From: Rhodospirillales bacterium
GTDB taxonomy: Bacteria > Pseudomonadota > Alphaproteobacteria > UBA828
Direction of reading: 5' to 3'
Assembly (NCBI GenBank): GCA_026712885.1
Contig: JAPOPO010000196.1
Span: 1 to 31,819, forward strand
DNA: 31,819 bases
Under the pieces are notes generated by a model. It did no database searches. It had not been told where the DNA came from and was given only the letters and a program-made list of their open reading frames with translations. Position numbers and translations under genes: made by a program. Shown one piece after another: positions 24,776 through 31,819 of the stretch; position 1 is the first letter of the stretch, and the number at the start of each line of letters is the position of its first letter.

Positions 24776-25552
24776 TCAGATATCCCAGGCCAGCGCGACT
24801 TCGAACCAGTCCGTGCGCCCGGAGCCGGGCGCCAGGCGCCAGCCGCCGGGGAGCGTCGCCTCGAACGGCGGCGCCAGTTCGTCCAGGCCGGCTTCGGCGC
24901 GGTAGGAGACGGTCACCCCGAGCGGGCCGTCCCCGAACGAGCGGTGCCATTGGGCGAGTCCGCTGAAGCGCCGGGCGGCCTCGGTAGAGACCTCCAGCAG
25001 GAGCGAGCCGCCCAGAAGCTCCGGGGTCCATTTCGCGGCGGCGCGCAGGCCGTGCGCGGAGCCGTCGACCCAATCGGTGGGCAAAGCGTTGGCGGCGAGC
25101 GTCGCGTAAAAGTCCCCGAGTTCGGCTCCGACGCCGAAGGCGGCGGCGAAGACCGGCGTGCCGTCGACGCCGTAGCGCCACACCGCGCCATCCCCGTTCA
25201 GCGACCAGGCGCCGACGGTGGCCACCGTCTCGGCTCCGAACTGGGTGACGGCCCGCCAGGGGCCCCGCTCCCAGCGCCGCTCGACCTGCACGTCGGCGGT
25301 GACGCCGTCACGGGCGCAATCCAGCGCGGTGGGCGCCCAGCGGACGTAGCCGCTGGCGTCGATGTTGTCCAGGCCGAGGCGGTATTCGCCGGACACGGCC
25401 TGGGTGGAGACGGCCTCGCCGTCCTCGAAGCAGGCGCCGTGCTCGGCGGAGAGTCCGATCGACAGCGATTCGTCGGCCGTCGCGGCCGTCGGGAAGCAGA
25501 TCGCGGCCAGGGCGCCCGCGCACACATATATATAGGGGGTCCGGGGATTCAT
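24776..25552 (-). CDS. Secreted protein, predicted outer-membrane beta-barrel
   Basis: Signal peptide ending TAATA-DE; alternating amphipathic strands rich in G/W/Y; C-terminal WFEVALAWDI. Confidence 0.6.
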   Translation of the reverse strand: MNPRTPYIYVCAGALAAICFPTAATADESLSIGLSAEHGACFEDGEAVSTQAVSGEYRLGLDNIDASGYVRWAPTALDCARDGVTADVQVERRWERGPWRAVTQFGAETVATVGAWSLNGDGAVWRYGVDGTPVFAAAFGVGAELGDFYATLAANALPTDWVDGSAHGLRAAAKWTPELLGGSLLLEVSTEAARRFSGLAQWHRSFGDGPLGVTVSYRAEAGLDELAPPFEATLPGGWRLAPGSGRTDWFEVALAWDI

Positions 25553-25791
25553 TTCTTGGGCTCCGTCTCGGGGGTGAGTTTGTTGTCGCTGCGCACGACC
25601 TGCATCATCAGCATCCCGAAGACGCTGCTGATGTTCGTCAACACGTCGGTCGGGACGCCGAGCTTGTGCCCGACGGTGACGATCAGGCCCAGGATGACCA
25701 GGCCGCCGAGCACGTTGACGCGCACCCGGGTGGTGCGCAAGCGCACGAGCTCCCGTTTCGCCACGGCCGGCTGTTTGGCGGTATCCGACAT
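25549..25791 (-). CDS. Holin-like small membrane protein
   Basis: 80 aa, basic N-terminus, two hydrophobic segments, charged C-terminus (ETEPKK); first gene of the cassette that contains the lysozyme. Confidence 0.55.
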   Translation of the reverse strand: MSDTAKQPAVAKRELVRLRTTRVRVNVLGGLVILGLIVTVGHKLGVPTDVLTNISSVFGMLMMQVVRSDNKLTPETEPKK

Positions 25792-25865
25792 GCTTGCAGG
25801 CTATTCGACCGCGTGAGCCGGTAATCGGCGTAGTTCTGTCCGCAGCCACTGGCCACAATGCAGCG

Positions 25866-26180
25866 ATGTTCGACGGGCTAGACGTCTCCACCGCCAACGT
25901 ACTTCTCGCCTCGGCGCTGGGCGGTCTGGGCACGCTGCTGGCGCTGGCGATCCGGGCCATCGCCAACCTGCGCCACCGGGTCTCGAAGATCGAGGGCCGC
26001 ATGGAGGCGCGAAACATCTCCGAATCGCTGGCCCACGTGCACGAGCGGGTGGACGAGATTCAGGGGCAGGTGTCCGGGGTGAGCGGGCAGCTCACACAGC
26101 AGAACGAACGCCTGAGCGACCTGGTCAGCACCAACCAGACGTTGATAGAGACGCTGATCTCGCGGCGGAACCAGCAATGA
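25866..26180 (+). CDS. Mu gp25/DUF2730-like membrane-anchored coiled-coil protein
   Basis: N-terminal TM segment, then heptad coiled coil; precedes gp26-like gene. Confidence 0.6.
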   Translation: MFDGLDVSTANVLLASALGGLGTLLALAIRAIANLRHRVSKIEGRMEARNISESLAHVHERVDEIQGQVSGVSGQLTQQNERLSDLVSTNQTLIETLISRRNQQ

Positions 26181-26479
26181 GCCTTCAGGAGAAGCTGGAC
26201 GGCGATCGCCGCCGCGCGATCCTGCGGCTGATATCCACCGGCGGCGAGTCCACCGAAGTGATCGTGCTCGATGTGCTTCGCAAGACATCGCACGGCTTCC
26301 GGTTGACGCGGGCCAGGGTCCGCGCCGACTTCGACTGGTTGCGCGAGCGCCACCTCATCGACGTGGAGATGCTCGGCGATACGTTGATGGTGGCCACCAT
26401 CACCGATATCGGCGAAGAGGTGCTGGTGAATGCGCGGCGCGTGGCCGGCGTGAGCGCGGCGCGTCGGCGGGACCTCTGA
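26177..26479 (+). CDS. Mu gp26-like protein
   Basis: DRRRAILRL...VRADFDWLRE.HLI......VAT.T..GE.V...RRVAGV. Confidence 0.8.
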   Translation: MSLQEKLDGDRRRAILRLISTGGESTEVIVLDVLRKTSHGFRLTRARVRADFDWLRERHLIDVEMLGDTLMVATITDIGEEVLVNARRVAGVSAARRRDL

Positions 26480-26495
26480 CGCCCGCGGGGCGCCC

Positions 26496-27032
26496 ATGGG
26501 CAGGCGCAGCATCATCGACCGGCTGGATCCCGAGATCAGGGAGCGGATCGGGGACCTGAAGAATGCCGGGCACACGCTCGACGAGATCATGGCGCACCTC
26601 AAGCTGATGGATCTCGGCGTGTCGCGCTCGGCGCTGGGGCGCCACACCAAGAGACTCAACGCGATGGCGGCCGACGCCCGCCGCTCCGCCCATATGGCCG
26701 AGGCGATCGTGAAGACCTACGGCGACGCGCCGGAGGAGCTCACCCAGCGGCTCAACATCAAGCTCATGCACGGCATCGTCACCCGGATGATGATCTCCGA
26801 GGAAGGCGACGCGATCACGCTGGACCCGAAGGAAGCGCACATGCTGTCGGGGACGCTGCGCAACCTGGCGTCGGCGTCGCGCGCGGATGTCCTGGTGGCG
26901 CGCGAGGCGAAGAAGTTGCGCGAGCTCAAGCGGAGGATGACGGAGGCGGCGGTCGGAGCCGCCGAAGCGCAGGGCCTCGGCGAGGACATGGCCGAGAGCC
27001 TCCGGGTGGCGATGACGAAGGTGCCCGCGTGA
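26496..27032 (+). CDS. Terminase small subunit (DUF3486, Mu gp27-like)
   Basis: MGRRSIIDRLDPEIRE.I, T..EI..HL....GVSRSALGRH. Confidence 0.9.
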   Translation: MGRRSIIDRLDPEIRERIGDLKNAGHTLDEIMAHLKLMDLGVSRSALGRHTKRLNAMAADARRSAHMAEAIVKTYGDAPEELTQRLNIKLMHGIVTRMMISEEGDAITLDPKEAHMLSGTLRNLASASRADVLVAREAKKLRELKRRMTEAAVGAAEAQGLGEDMAESLRVAMTKVPA

Positions 27033-28585
27033 CGGGCGCCCAGGGCGCCTGGGACGACGGGCTGCCGCTGCTGCTGGACTATCAGGCGGCGTGGAACCGG
27101 GACCGCGCGCCGGTGGCGGTCATAGAGAAGAGCCGCCGCATCGGGATTTCCTGGTCGGACGCCGCGGAGCGGGTATTGCACGCGGCCGAGCCGGTCGGGC
27201 ACGTCGCCTATCAAAGCTACGCCAAGGACATGACCGGGGGGTACATCTCCGACTGCGCCGACTGGGCCAAGCGGTTCGGCAAGGCCGTGCACGAGGTGAC
27301 CGAGCGCGACGTGAGGATCGGCGACGACGAGCACGTGCATCAGTACGAGCTGGCGTTCCCGGGCGGGCGCGCCATCCAGGCGCTGACGAGCTCCGCGAGG
27401 CAACTGCGCTCCCGCGGCCGGCCCGGGGACATCGTGGTGATCGACGAGGCGGCGTTCGTGGACGATCTGGCGGCGGTGCTCCAGGCGGCGATGGCGGTGA
27501 CGGTTTGGGGCGGGTCGGTGCGGATCATCTCCACGCACAACGGCGACGATTCGGAATTCGCGGACCTGGTGAGGGACATCCGCGCCGGACGCTATCCGGA
27601 CTTCAGCCTGCACACCGTGACGCTCGCCGACGCGATCGGCGCCGGTCTCGTGCGGCGGATCCATTCGGTGACCGGCCGCCCCTACACGCCCGACAGCGAC
27701 GCGGAGTTCGAGGCGGGGATCCGCGCCCGCTACAAGGACGGGGACACGGCCGCCGAAGAGTTGGACTGCGCCCCAAGGGCCGGCGGCAGCACGTACCTGC
27801 CGCGGGCGCTGATCGAAGGTTGCATGCGCGAGGGCCTGCCGGTGCTGCAATACACGGGCAGCGCCGAGTTCAACGCGCGGGCGGAGCCTGAGCGCCGCGC
27901 GGAGATGCGGGACTGGATCCGCGAGCGCGTGCATCCGCTGCTGGACACCCTGACGCCGGAGGAACGCCACGCGATGGGCTTCGACGTGGCCCGCACGCAG
28001 CACCTCTCGGCGATCGCGCCGCTGGCGATCGGCCGGGGCCTGCACCGCACCGTGCCGTTCGTGGTCGAGATGCGCAACGTGCCCCACAAGCAGCAGGAGC
28101 AGGTGATGGTCTCGATCGGCCGCAACCTGCCGCGGCTGTGCGGCGTGTGCGTGGACGCCACGGGGCTGGGGTCGTACCTCGCCGAGGCCGCGGCCGACGA
28201 ATGGGGGCCGCTCGCCCAGGGCGTGCAGATCAACGAGCGGTTCTACCGCGAGCGCTGGCCGCCGCTGAAACGCCGCATGGAGGATGCGGCGATCACGCTG
28301 CCCAGAGACGACGGGGTTCTGGAAGACATGCGGTCGGTGACGCTGATCCGCGGCGTGCCGCGCGTGCCGGACCGCCCCGTCAAGGGCCGGTCGCGGGACC
28401 GGCACGGGGACACGGCCATCGCCGTCCTGCTCGCGGACACCGCGGCGGACGACGACACGGGGACGCTGGCGCACCGCGCGGTGCCGGCCGGCGACGACTC
28501 GCGACCGTGGGGCGGACAGGACAGCTGGATCCGGCCCGGCACCGCGCGGGCGCCGTTCGGAGGGTGGACCCATGGCCACGCGTAG
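27029..28585 (+). CDS. Terminase large subunit (Mu gp28-like)
   Basis: LLDYQ.AW, EKSRRIGISW, RSRGRPG.VVIDEAAF, ISTHNG.D..F, GFDVAR, DATGLG, HGDTAIA. Confidence 0.95.
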   Translation: MTGAQGAWDDGLPLLLDYQAAWNRDRAPVAVIEKSRRIGISWSDAAERVLHAAEPVGHVAYQSYAKDMTGGYISDCADWAKRFGKAVHEVTERDVRIGDDEHVHQYELAFPGGRAIQALTSSARQLRSRGRPGDIVVIDEAAFVDDLAAVLQAAMAVTVWGGSVRIISTHNGDDSEFADLVRDIRAGRYPDFSLHTVTLADAIGAGLVRRIHSVTGRPYTPDSDAEFEAGIRARYKDGDTAAEELDCAPRAGGSTYLPRALIEGCMREGLPVLQYTGSAEFNARAEPERRAEMRDWIRERVHPLLDTLTPEERHAMGFDVARTQHLSAIAPLAIGRGLHRTVPFVVEMRNVPHKQQEQVMVSIGRNLPRLCGVCVDATGLGSYLAEAAADEWGPLAQGVQINERFYRERWPPLKRRMEDAAITLPRDDGVLEDMRSVTLIRGVPRVPDRPVKGRSRDRHGDTAIAVLLADTAADDDTGTLAHRAVPAGDDSRPWGGQDSWIRPGTARAPFGGWTHGHA

Positions 28586-30734
28586 GCCGCCGTCGCCGGG
28601 CAAGGTGCTCGCCGGCATCGAGGGCAACCGCGACATCACCCGCGGCTACCTCGACGAACGCAATCTGCTGCAACCCCAGGACGATCTGTCCGGCGGCCGC
28701 CCGCCGGTGACCCGGTACCGGGCCTACCGTTCGCTGTTGCAGGACGATCGTGTGGGCACGTCCTTCCGACAGCGGCGCTCGGCGCTGATCGGGCGCAGCA
28801 CCGAAGTCCGCCCGGGCGGCGATGCCACGATCGACCGCAAGGCCGCCGACTTCGTGCGCGACGCCGTCGTCGAGGCGCTGCCCTGGGACCGCATCTGCAA
28901 TCTCATGCTGTTCGGCACGTTCTACGGGTTGTCCGTTGCCGAGTGCGTCTGGATGCGCGACGGCGCCCACGTCGTGCCCGAGAAAATCCTCGTCAGGGAC
29001 CGGGGTCGCTTCGCCTTCGGCGGCGCCGACGGCTCCGAACTGCGCCTCGTCACGCCGGGCGCCACGGTCCGCGGCGAGACGATGCCCGAGCGCAAGTTCT
29101 GGGTGGTCGCCAGCGGCGGCGACCACGACGACGAACCCTACGGCCTGGGCCTCGGATGGGAAACCTACTGGCCGGTGTTCCTCAAGCGCCAGGGCGTGAC
29201 GCAATGGGCGGACCTGCTGGACCGTTTCGCCCGACCGATCCCGGTCGGGCATTACCAGCGGGAGGCCGACATCGACGCCGTGTACCAGGCGGTGGAGGCG
29301 GTTCGGGACGGCCGCGGCGCGGCCATACCCGCGTCCGCCTCCATCGATCTGCTGGAGGCGCTGAAGTCCGGCCGAACGGACTACAGGGATTGGCTGGACG
29401 TCTGGAACCGCGCGATCACGCTGACGCTGATAGGCCAGACGATGACCACTGAGGACGGGTCGAGCCGCAGCCAGGCGGAGGTCCACTGGCAGGTGCGCCG
29501 GGACATCGTCCAGGCCGACGACGACCTGCTGGCCGACACGCTGCGCGCGCAGGTGCTGAGCTGGCTCATCGAGTGGAACTATCCCGGCGCGGCGGTGCCG
29601 AGAATCCGGCGCGTGCTCGACGATCCGCCGGACACGCATGCGCTGTCGGAGCGCGACCTGCGGATCTGGCGAATGGGGTGGGCGCCGACCGGGGACTACA
29701 TCGGCGACACCTACGATATCGAAGTGACACCGCGACGCATCGATCCTGCGGCGCCGGGGCCCGGCGGCCCGGGCGAATCGACGGACTTCGCCGCGGAGGG
29801 GCCGGCTGAGCGCCCCCTGGCCCAGCAGGCGGCCGACGCCGTGGATCCTCTGATCGCCCGGTGGCCGGCCGAACTGAGCCGGCCGCTGGCTGCCGCCGCC
29901 ACGCTCGCCGAATGGCGCGACGGGCTGACCGGGGCCGGGCAAGGCGTCGACATCGCCCCCGCCGCCGAGGCGCTGGCCGAGGCGCTGGCCGCCGCGCGGC
30001 TGGCCGGCATGTACGACGTCTGGACGGAGGCCGAGGAAGACACGAGCTTCGCCGACGTGGACGGCGTGCGATTGGGGTTTGCCGAGCAGATCGCGTTCTT
30101 CCGGGAGAAACTGAATCTCGGCACCAACGCCTGGACCGACATATGGGAGGCCCAGCACGATCGATCCTTCGTCGTCGCCGGCGCCGCCCGCGACGACCTC
30201 GTGGCGGATCTCAAGGGCGCGGTGGAGGCTGCGATCTCCGACGGTGAGACGCTGGAGACCTTCCGCGCGCGATTCGATGAGATCGTCGAGCGCCACGGCT
30301 GGGCGTACAAGGGCGACCGCCTGTGGCGCACGCGCGTGATCTACAACACCAACATCGCCACGTCGTATTCGGCGGGGCGGTGGACCCAGGCCAACGCCGT
30401 CACCGACCAACGGCCCTACTGGCGATATCGCCACTCCCCCGCCTCCGAGGTGCCTCGACCGGACCACGAGACGTGGGACGGGTTGATCCTGCGCGCCGAC
30501 GATCCGTGGTGGCTCACGCACTGGCCCCCCAACGGCTGGGGCTGCCAGTGCTGGGTGGAGACGCTCTCGATGCGGGACATGGAGCGCCACGACCTCGCTG
30601 TGAGCGAGCCGCCGCCGATGGGTTGGCACGACGTCACTGTCGGTCCCGCCGACAGCCGACGCACCGTGCGCGTGCCCGCCGGCGTCGACGCCGGGTTCGG
30701 TTACGCGCCGGGAGCCAGCCGGGAAGCCGCCTAG
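28572..30734 (+). CDS. Portal protein (DUF935/Mu gp29) fused to head morphogenesis protein F (Mu gp30)
   Basis: Portal motifs (DDEPYGLGL, W..LLDRFARP, GQTMTTEDGSSRSQAEVH) then, with no stop, F motifs (FAEQIAFFREKL, FVVAGA.RDDL, R..VIYNTN, PPNGWGCQC). Confidence 0.9.
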   Translation: MATRRPPSPGKVLAGIEGNRDITRGYLDERNLLQPQDDLSGGRPPVTRYRAYRSLLQDDRVGTSFRQRRSALIGRSTEVRPGGDATIDRKAADFVRDAVVEALPWDRICNLMLFGTFYGLSVAECVWMRDGAHVVPEKILVRDRGRFAFGGADGSELRLVTPGATVRGETMPERKFWVVASGGDHDDEPYGLGLGWETYWPVFLKRQGVTQWADLLDRFARPIPVGHYQREADIDAVYQAVEAVRDGRGAAIPASASIDLLEALKSGRTDYRDWLDVWNRAITLTLIGQTMTTEDGSSRSQAEVHWQVRRDIVQADDDLLADTLRAQVLSWLIEWNYPGAAVPRIRRVLDDPPDTHALSERDLRIWRMGWAPTGDYIGDTYDIEVTPRRIDPAAPGPGGPGESTDFAAEGPAERPLAQQAADAVDPLIARWPAELSRPLAAAATLAEWRDGLTGAGQGVDIAPAAEALAEALAAARLAGMYDVWTEAEEDTSFADVDGVRLGFAEQIAFFREKLNLGTNAWTDIWEAQHDRSFVVAGAARDDLVADLKGAVEAAISDGETLETFRARFDEIVERHGWAYKGDRLWRTRVIYNTNIATSYSAGRWTQANAVTDQRPYWRYRHSPASEVPRPDHETWDGLILRADDPWWLTHWPPNGWGCQCWVETLSMRDMERHDLAVSEPPPMGWHDVTVGPADSRRTVRVPAGVDAGFGYAPGASREAA

Positions 30735-30735
30735 C

Positions 30736-31218
30736 ATGCGCGTCTCCGTCGAGCTCGACGACCGCGCCATCGTCGATGCCATGAACCGCGCCCTGGGCGC
30801 GGCCCGCGACTTGAGCCCCGTCATGCGCGACATCGGCGAGTCGCTGCTCAACTCCACCGGCGAGCGCTTCGGCACACAGACCGCGCCAGACGGCTCCGAC
30901 TGGGCGAAGCTGTCGCCGACGTACAAGGCGCGCAAGCGACGCAACCGCGACAAGATCGGCACCTTGCGCGGTCACCTGCGCGCAACACTCGCTTACGACG
31001 CCGGCCCGGATAGCGTGGTGATCGGCAGCCCGAGGATCTACGCCGGCACGTTTCACTTCGGCGCGGCGAAGGGCGCCTACGGCACGTCCAGGCGAGGACT
31101 GTCCATTCCCTGGGGCGACATCCCCGCCAGGCCCGTCTTCGGCATCTCGGACGCGGACCGGACCGACATCGTCGAGGCGCTCCACGACCACATCGTCGCG
31201 TCGATTCGTCGAAAATAG
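30736..31218 (+). CDS. Virion morphogenesis protein (Mu gpG / P2 gpS-like)
   Basis: DLSPVMRDIGESL..ST.ERF.TQ.APDG..W..LSP, VIGSPRIYA..FHFG, IPARP..GIS. Confidence 0.93.
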   Translation: MRVSVELDDRAIVDAMNRALGAARDLSPVMRDIGESLLNSTGERFGTQTAPDGSDWAKLSPTYKARKRRNRDKIGTLRGHLRATLAYDAGPDSVVIGSPRIYAGTFHFGAAKGAYGTSRRGLSIPWGDIPARPVFGISDADRTDIVEALHDHIVASIRRK

Positions 31219-31282
31219 GCGCGGTATCGTTCCGCGCGGTTGGCCGGGCTCATCGCCCCTCCGCCGATACCTGGACCGCTAC

Positions 31283-31370
31283 GTCCCAACCGATCCCGTC
31301 GAGTCCCACCGGCATCCGCCTATATCCCACCGGCGTCCCGCCGAATCCCGGTCGTATCCCGATTTGTCCC
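31283..31370 (+). repeat. Helically phased array of nine RTCC(C) pentamers
   Basis: Starts at 31283, 31293, 31303, 31314, 31324, 31335, 31345, 31356 and 31366 (mean spacing 10.4 nt). Confidence 0.85.
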
Positions 31371-31394
31371 GCATTCCTATTGCGCCTTGACCAC

Positions 31395-31438
31395 CCGTTA
31401 TTTCGATAATGGCGGGGGTTTCTAAACGATCCCCAACA
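31395..31438 (-). other. Probable prophage terminus (5'-TGTTGGGGATCGTTTAGAAA reading inward)
   Basis: Host Nudix frame is closed by TAA at 31423 and resumes here; ACA at 31436-31438 gives a TGT..ACA end; imperfect IR CCGTTAT-TTCG-ATAATGG at 31395-31412. Confidence 0.65.
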
Positions 31439-31812
31439 CTGCCGCAGTAAGGGAGATGCGTGAGGAAACGGGCCTGGTCTGCATAGCGCCGGCGCCGGCT
31501 GCCGCAGGCGTATCCGCTCCCCTGGCCGAAGGAGTACACCGACGCCAGCCGCCGTTGCTGTTACAGACGAATATCAGCAACCGTTTCCCGATACTGCCCG
31601 AGTGGCGCCACCGATACGCATCCGGCGTGACCGAGAACCTGGAGCATCTGCTCTATCTTGAGCTACCTGAAACCTGCGAGGTGACCCTCAACGCCGCAGA
31701 GCACGTCGCCTATCGTTGGGTGAACTTGGAGGAAGCCATCCGAAAGGTCACGTCATGGACCAATCGGGAGGCATTGGAGCGGTTGCGATCCACCGCCGGA
31801 GATCGCCGCTGA
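31439..31812 (+). pseudogene. nudB: 3' half of host NudB-like Nudix hydrolase (dihydroneopterin triphosphate diphosphatase), interrupted by the prophage
   Basis: AAVREMREETGL is the distal Nudix box; WRHRYASGVTENLEH, EHVAYRW and SWTNREAL match NudB; the G-x5-E half of the box is missing. Confidence 0.82.
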
Positions 31813-31819
31813 TCGCCGC

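Larger units (their letters stand above)
1..31438. mobile_element. Transposable Mu-like prophage (B3/BcepMu-type replication module, P2-like contractile tail); left part lies outside the window
   Basis: DDE transposase, AAA ATPase, GemA-like, Mor-like, DUF3486, TerL, DUF935 portal, gpF, gpG, protease I, major capsid, gp36/gp37-like, and P2-like V/W/J/I/H/sheath genes. No Tyr/Ser integrase seen. Right end TGT...ACA-type terminus abuts a broken host gene. Confidence 0.95.

Noticed and set aside
24720-25181. N-terminal 154 aa of the 427-aa ORF (and similar long extensions of many ORF-track entries)
   Set aside because: Arg/Gly/Pro-rich off-frame overlap with the beta-barrel gene; starts were reassigned to coupled start codons.
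25866-26180. TM plus coiled-coil protein as an i-spanin paired with the 20188-20532 lipoprotein
   Set aside because: The genes are 5 kb apart on opposite strands, and this position before gp26/TerS is the usual gp25/DUF2730 slot; not excluded, but unsupported.
26717-30962. Long antisense ORFs (640 aa, 860 aa and others across the window)
   Set aside because: Shadow frames opposite well-supported genes, typical of very high GC DNA; no recognisable motifs.
31551-31570. GCTGTTACA at 31557-31565 as the prophage end, and its match to GCTGTTAC in the 19946 inverted repeat
   Set aside because: The NudB frame including REMREETGL already starts upstream at about 31440, so this is host coding sequence; the 8-nt match is likely chance.
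31456-31812. 118-aa ORF as an intact host gene
   Set aside because: Its ATG is the Met inside the Nudix box (REMREE); the N-terminal half is absent, so it is a truncated remnant.
1-31819. tRNA, rRNA or IS elements
   Set aside because: No cloverleaf, rRNA-like segment or second transposase was recognised.

Overview
Almost the whole window (1 to about 31438) is a very GC-rich transposable (Mu-like) myovirus prophage. Its transposase/ATPase resemble the B3/BcepMu type and its baseplate and sheath genes are P2-like. It runs off the left edge inside the tail sheath gene. On the right it appears to end at ...CCCCAACA (31438), inserted in the Nudix box of a host nudB-like gene whose 3' half follows. 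Module order: tail/baseplate/head (minus, 1-7854); a 23-gene tightly coupled early/middle operon (minus, 8100-19383); divergent repressor (plus); a second late block with fibre-like protein, gpW and an unusual lysis cassette (minus, 20188-25791); packaging genes (plus, 25866-31218). Best leads: (1) a lysis cassette of holin-like protein, predicted outer-membrane beta-barrel and lipoprotein-anchored T4-type lysozyme with His at the Thr26-equivalent site; (2) an ungapped 160-bp direct repeat 16.7 kb apart with regularly spaced GGTATC motifs and a covarying hairpin; (3) a helically phased RTCCC array at the prophage end; (4) apparently leaderless first genes in six operons; (5) a repressor whose C-terminus looks frameshifted at a 7-bp repeat; (6) a portal-gpF fusion. 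All family assignments are from motif recognition by eye; no database searches were run.
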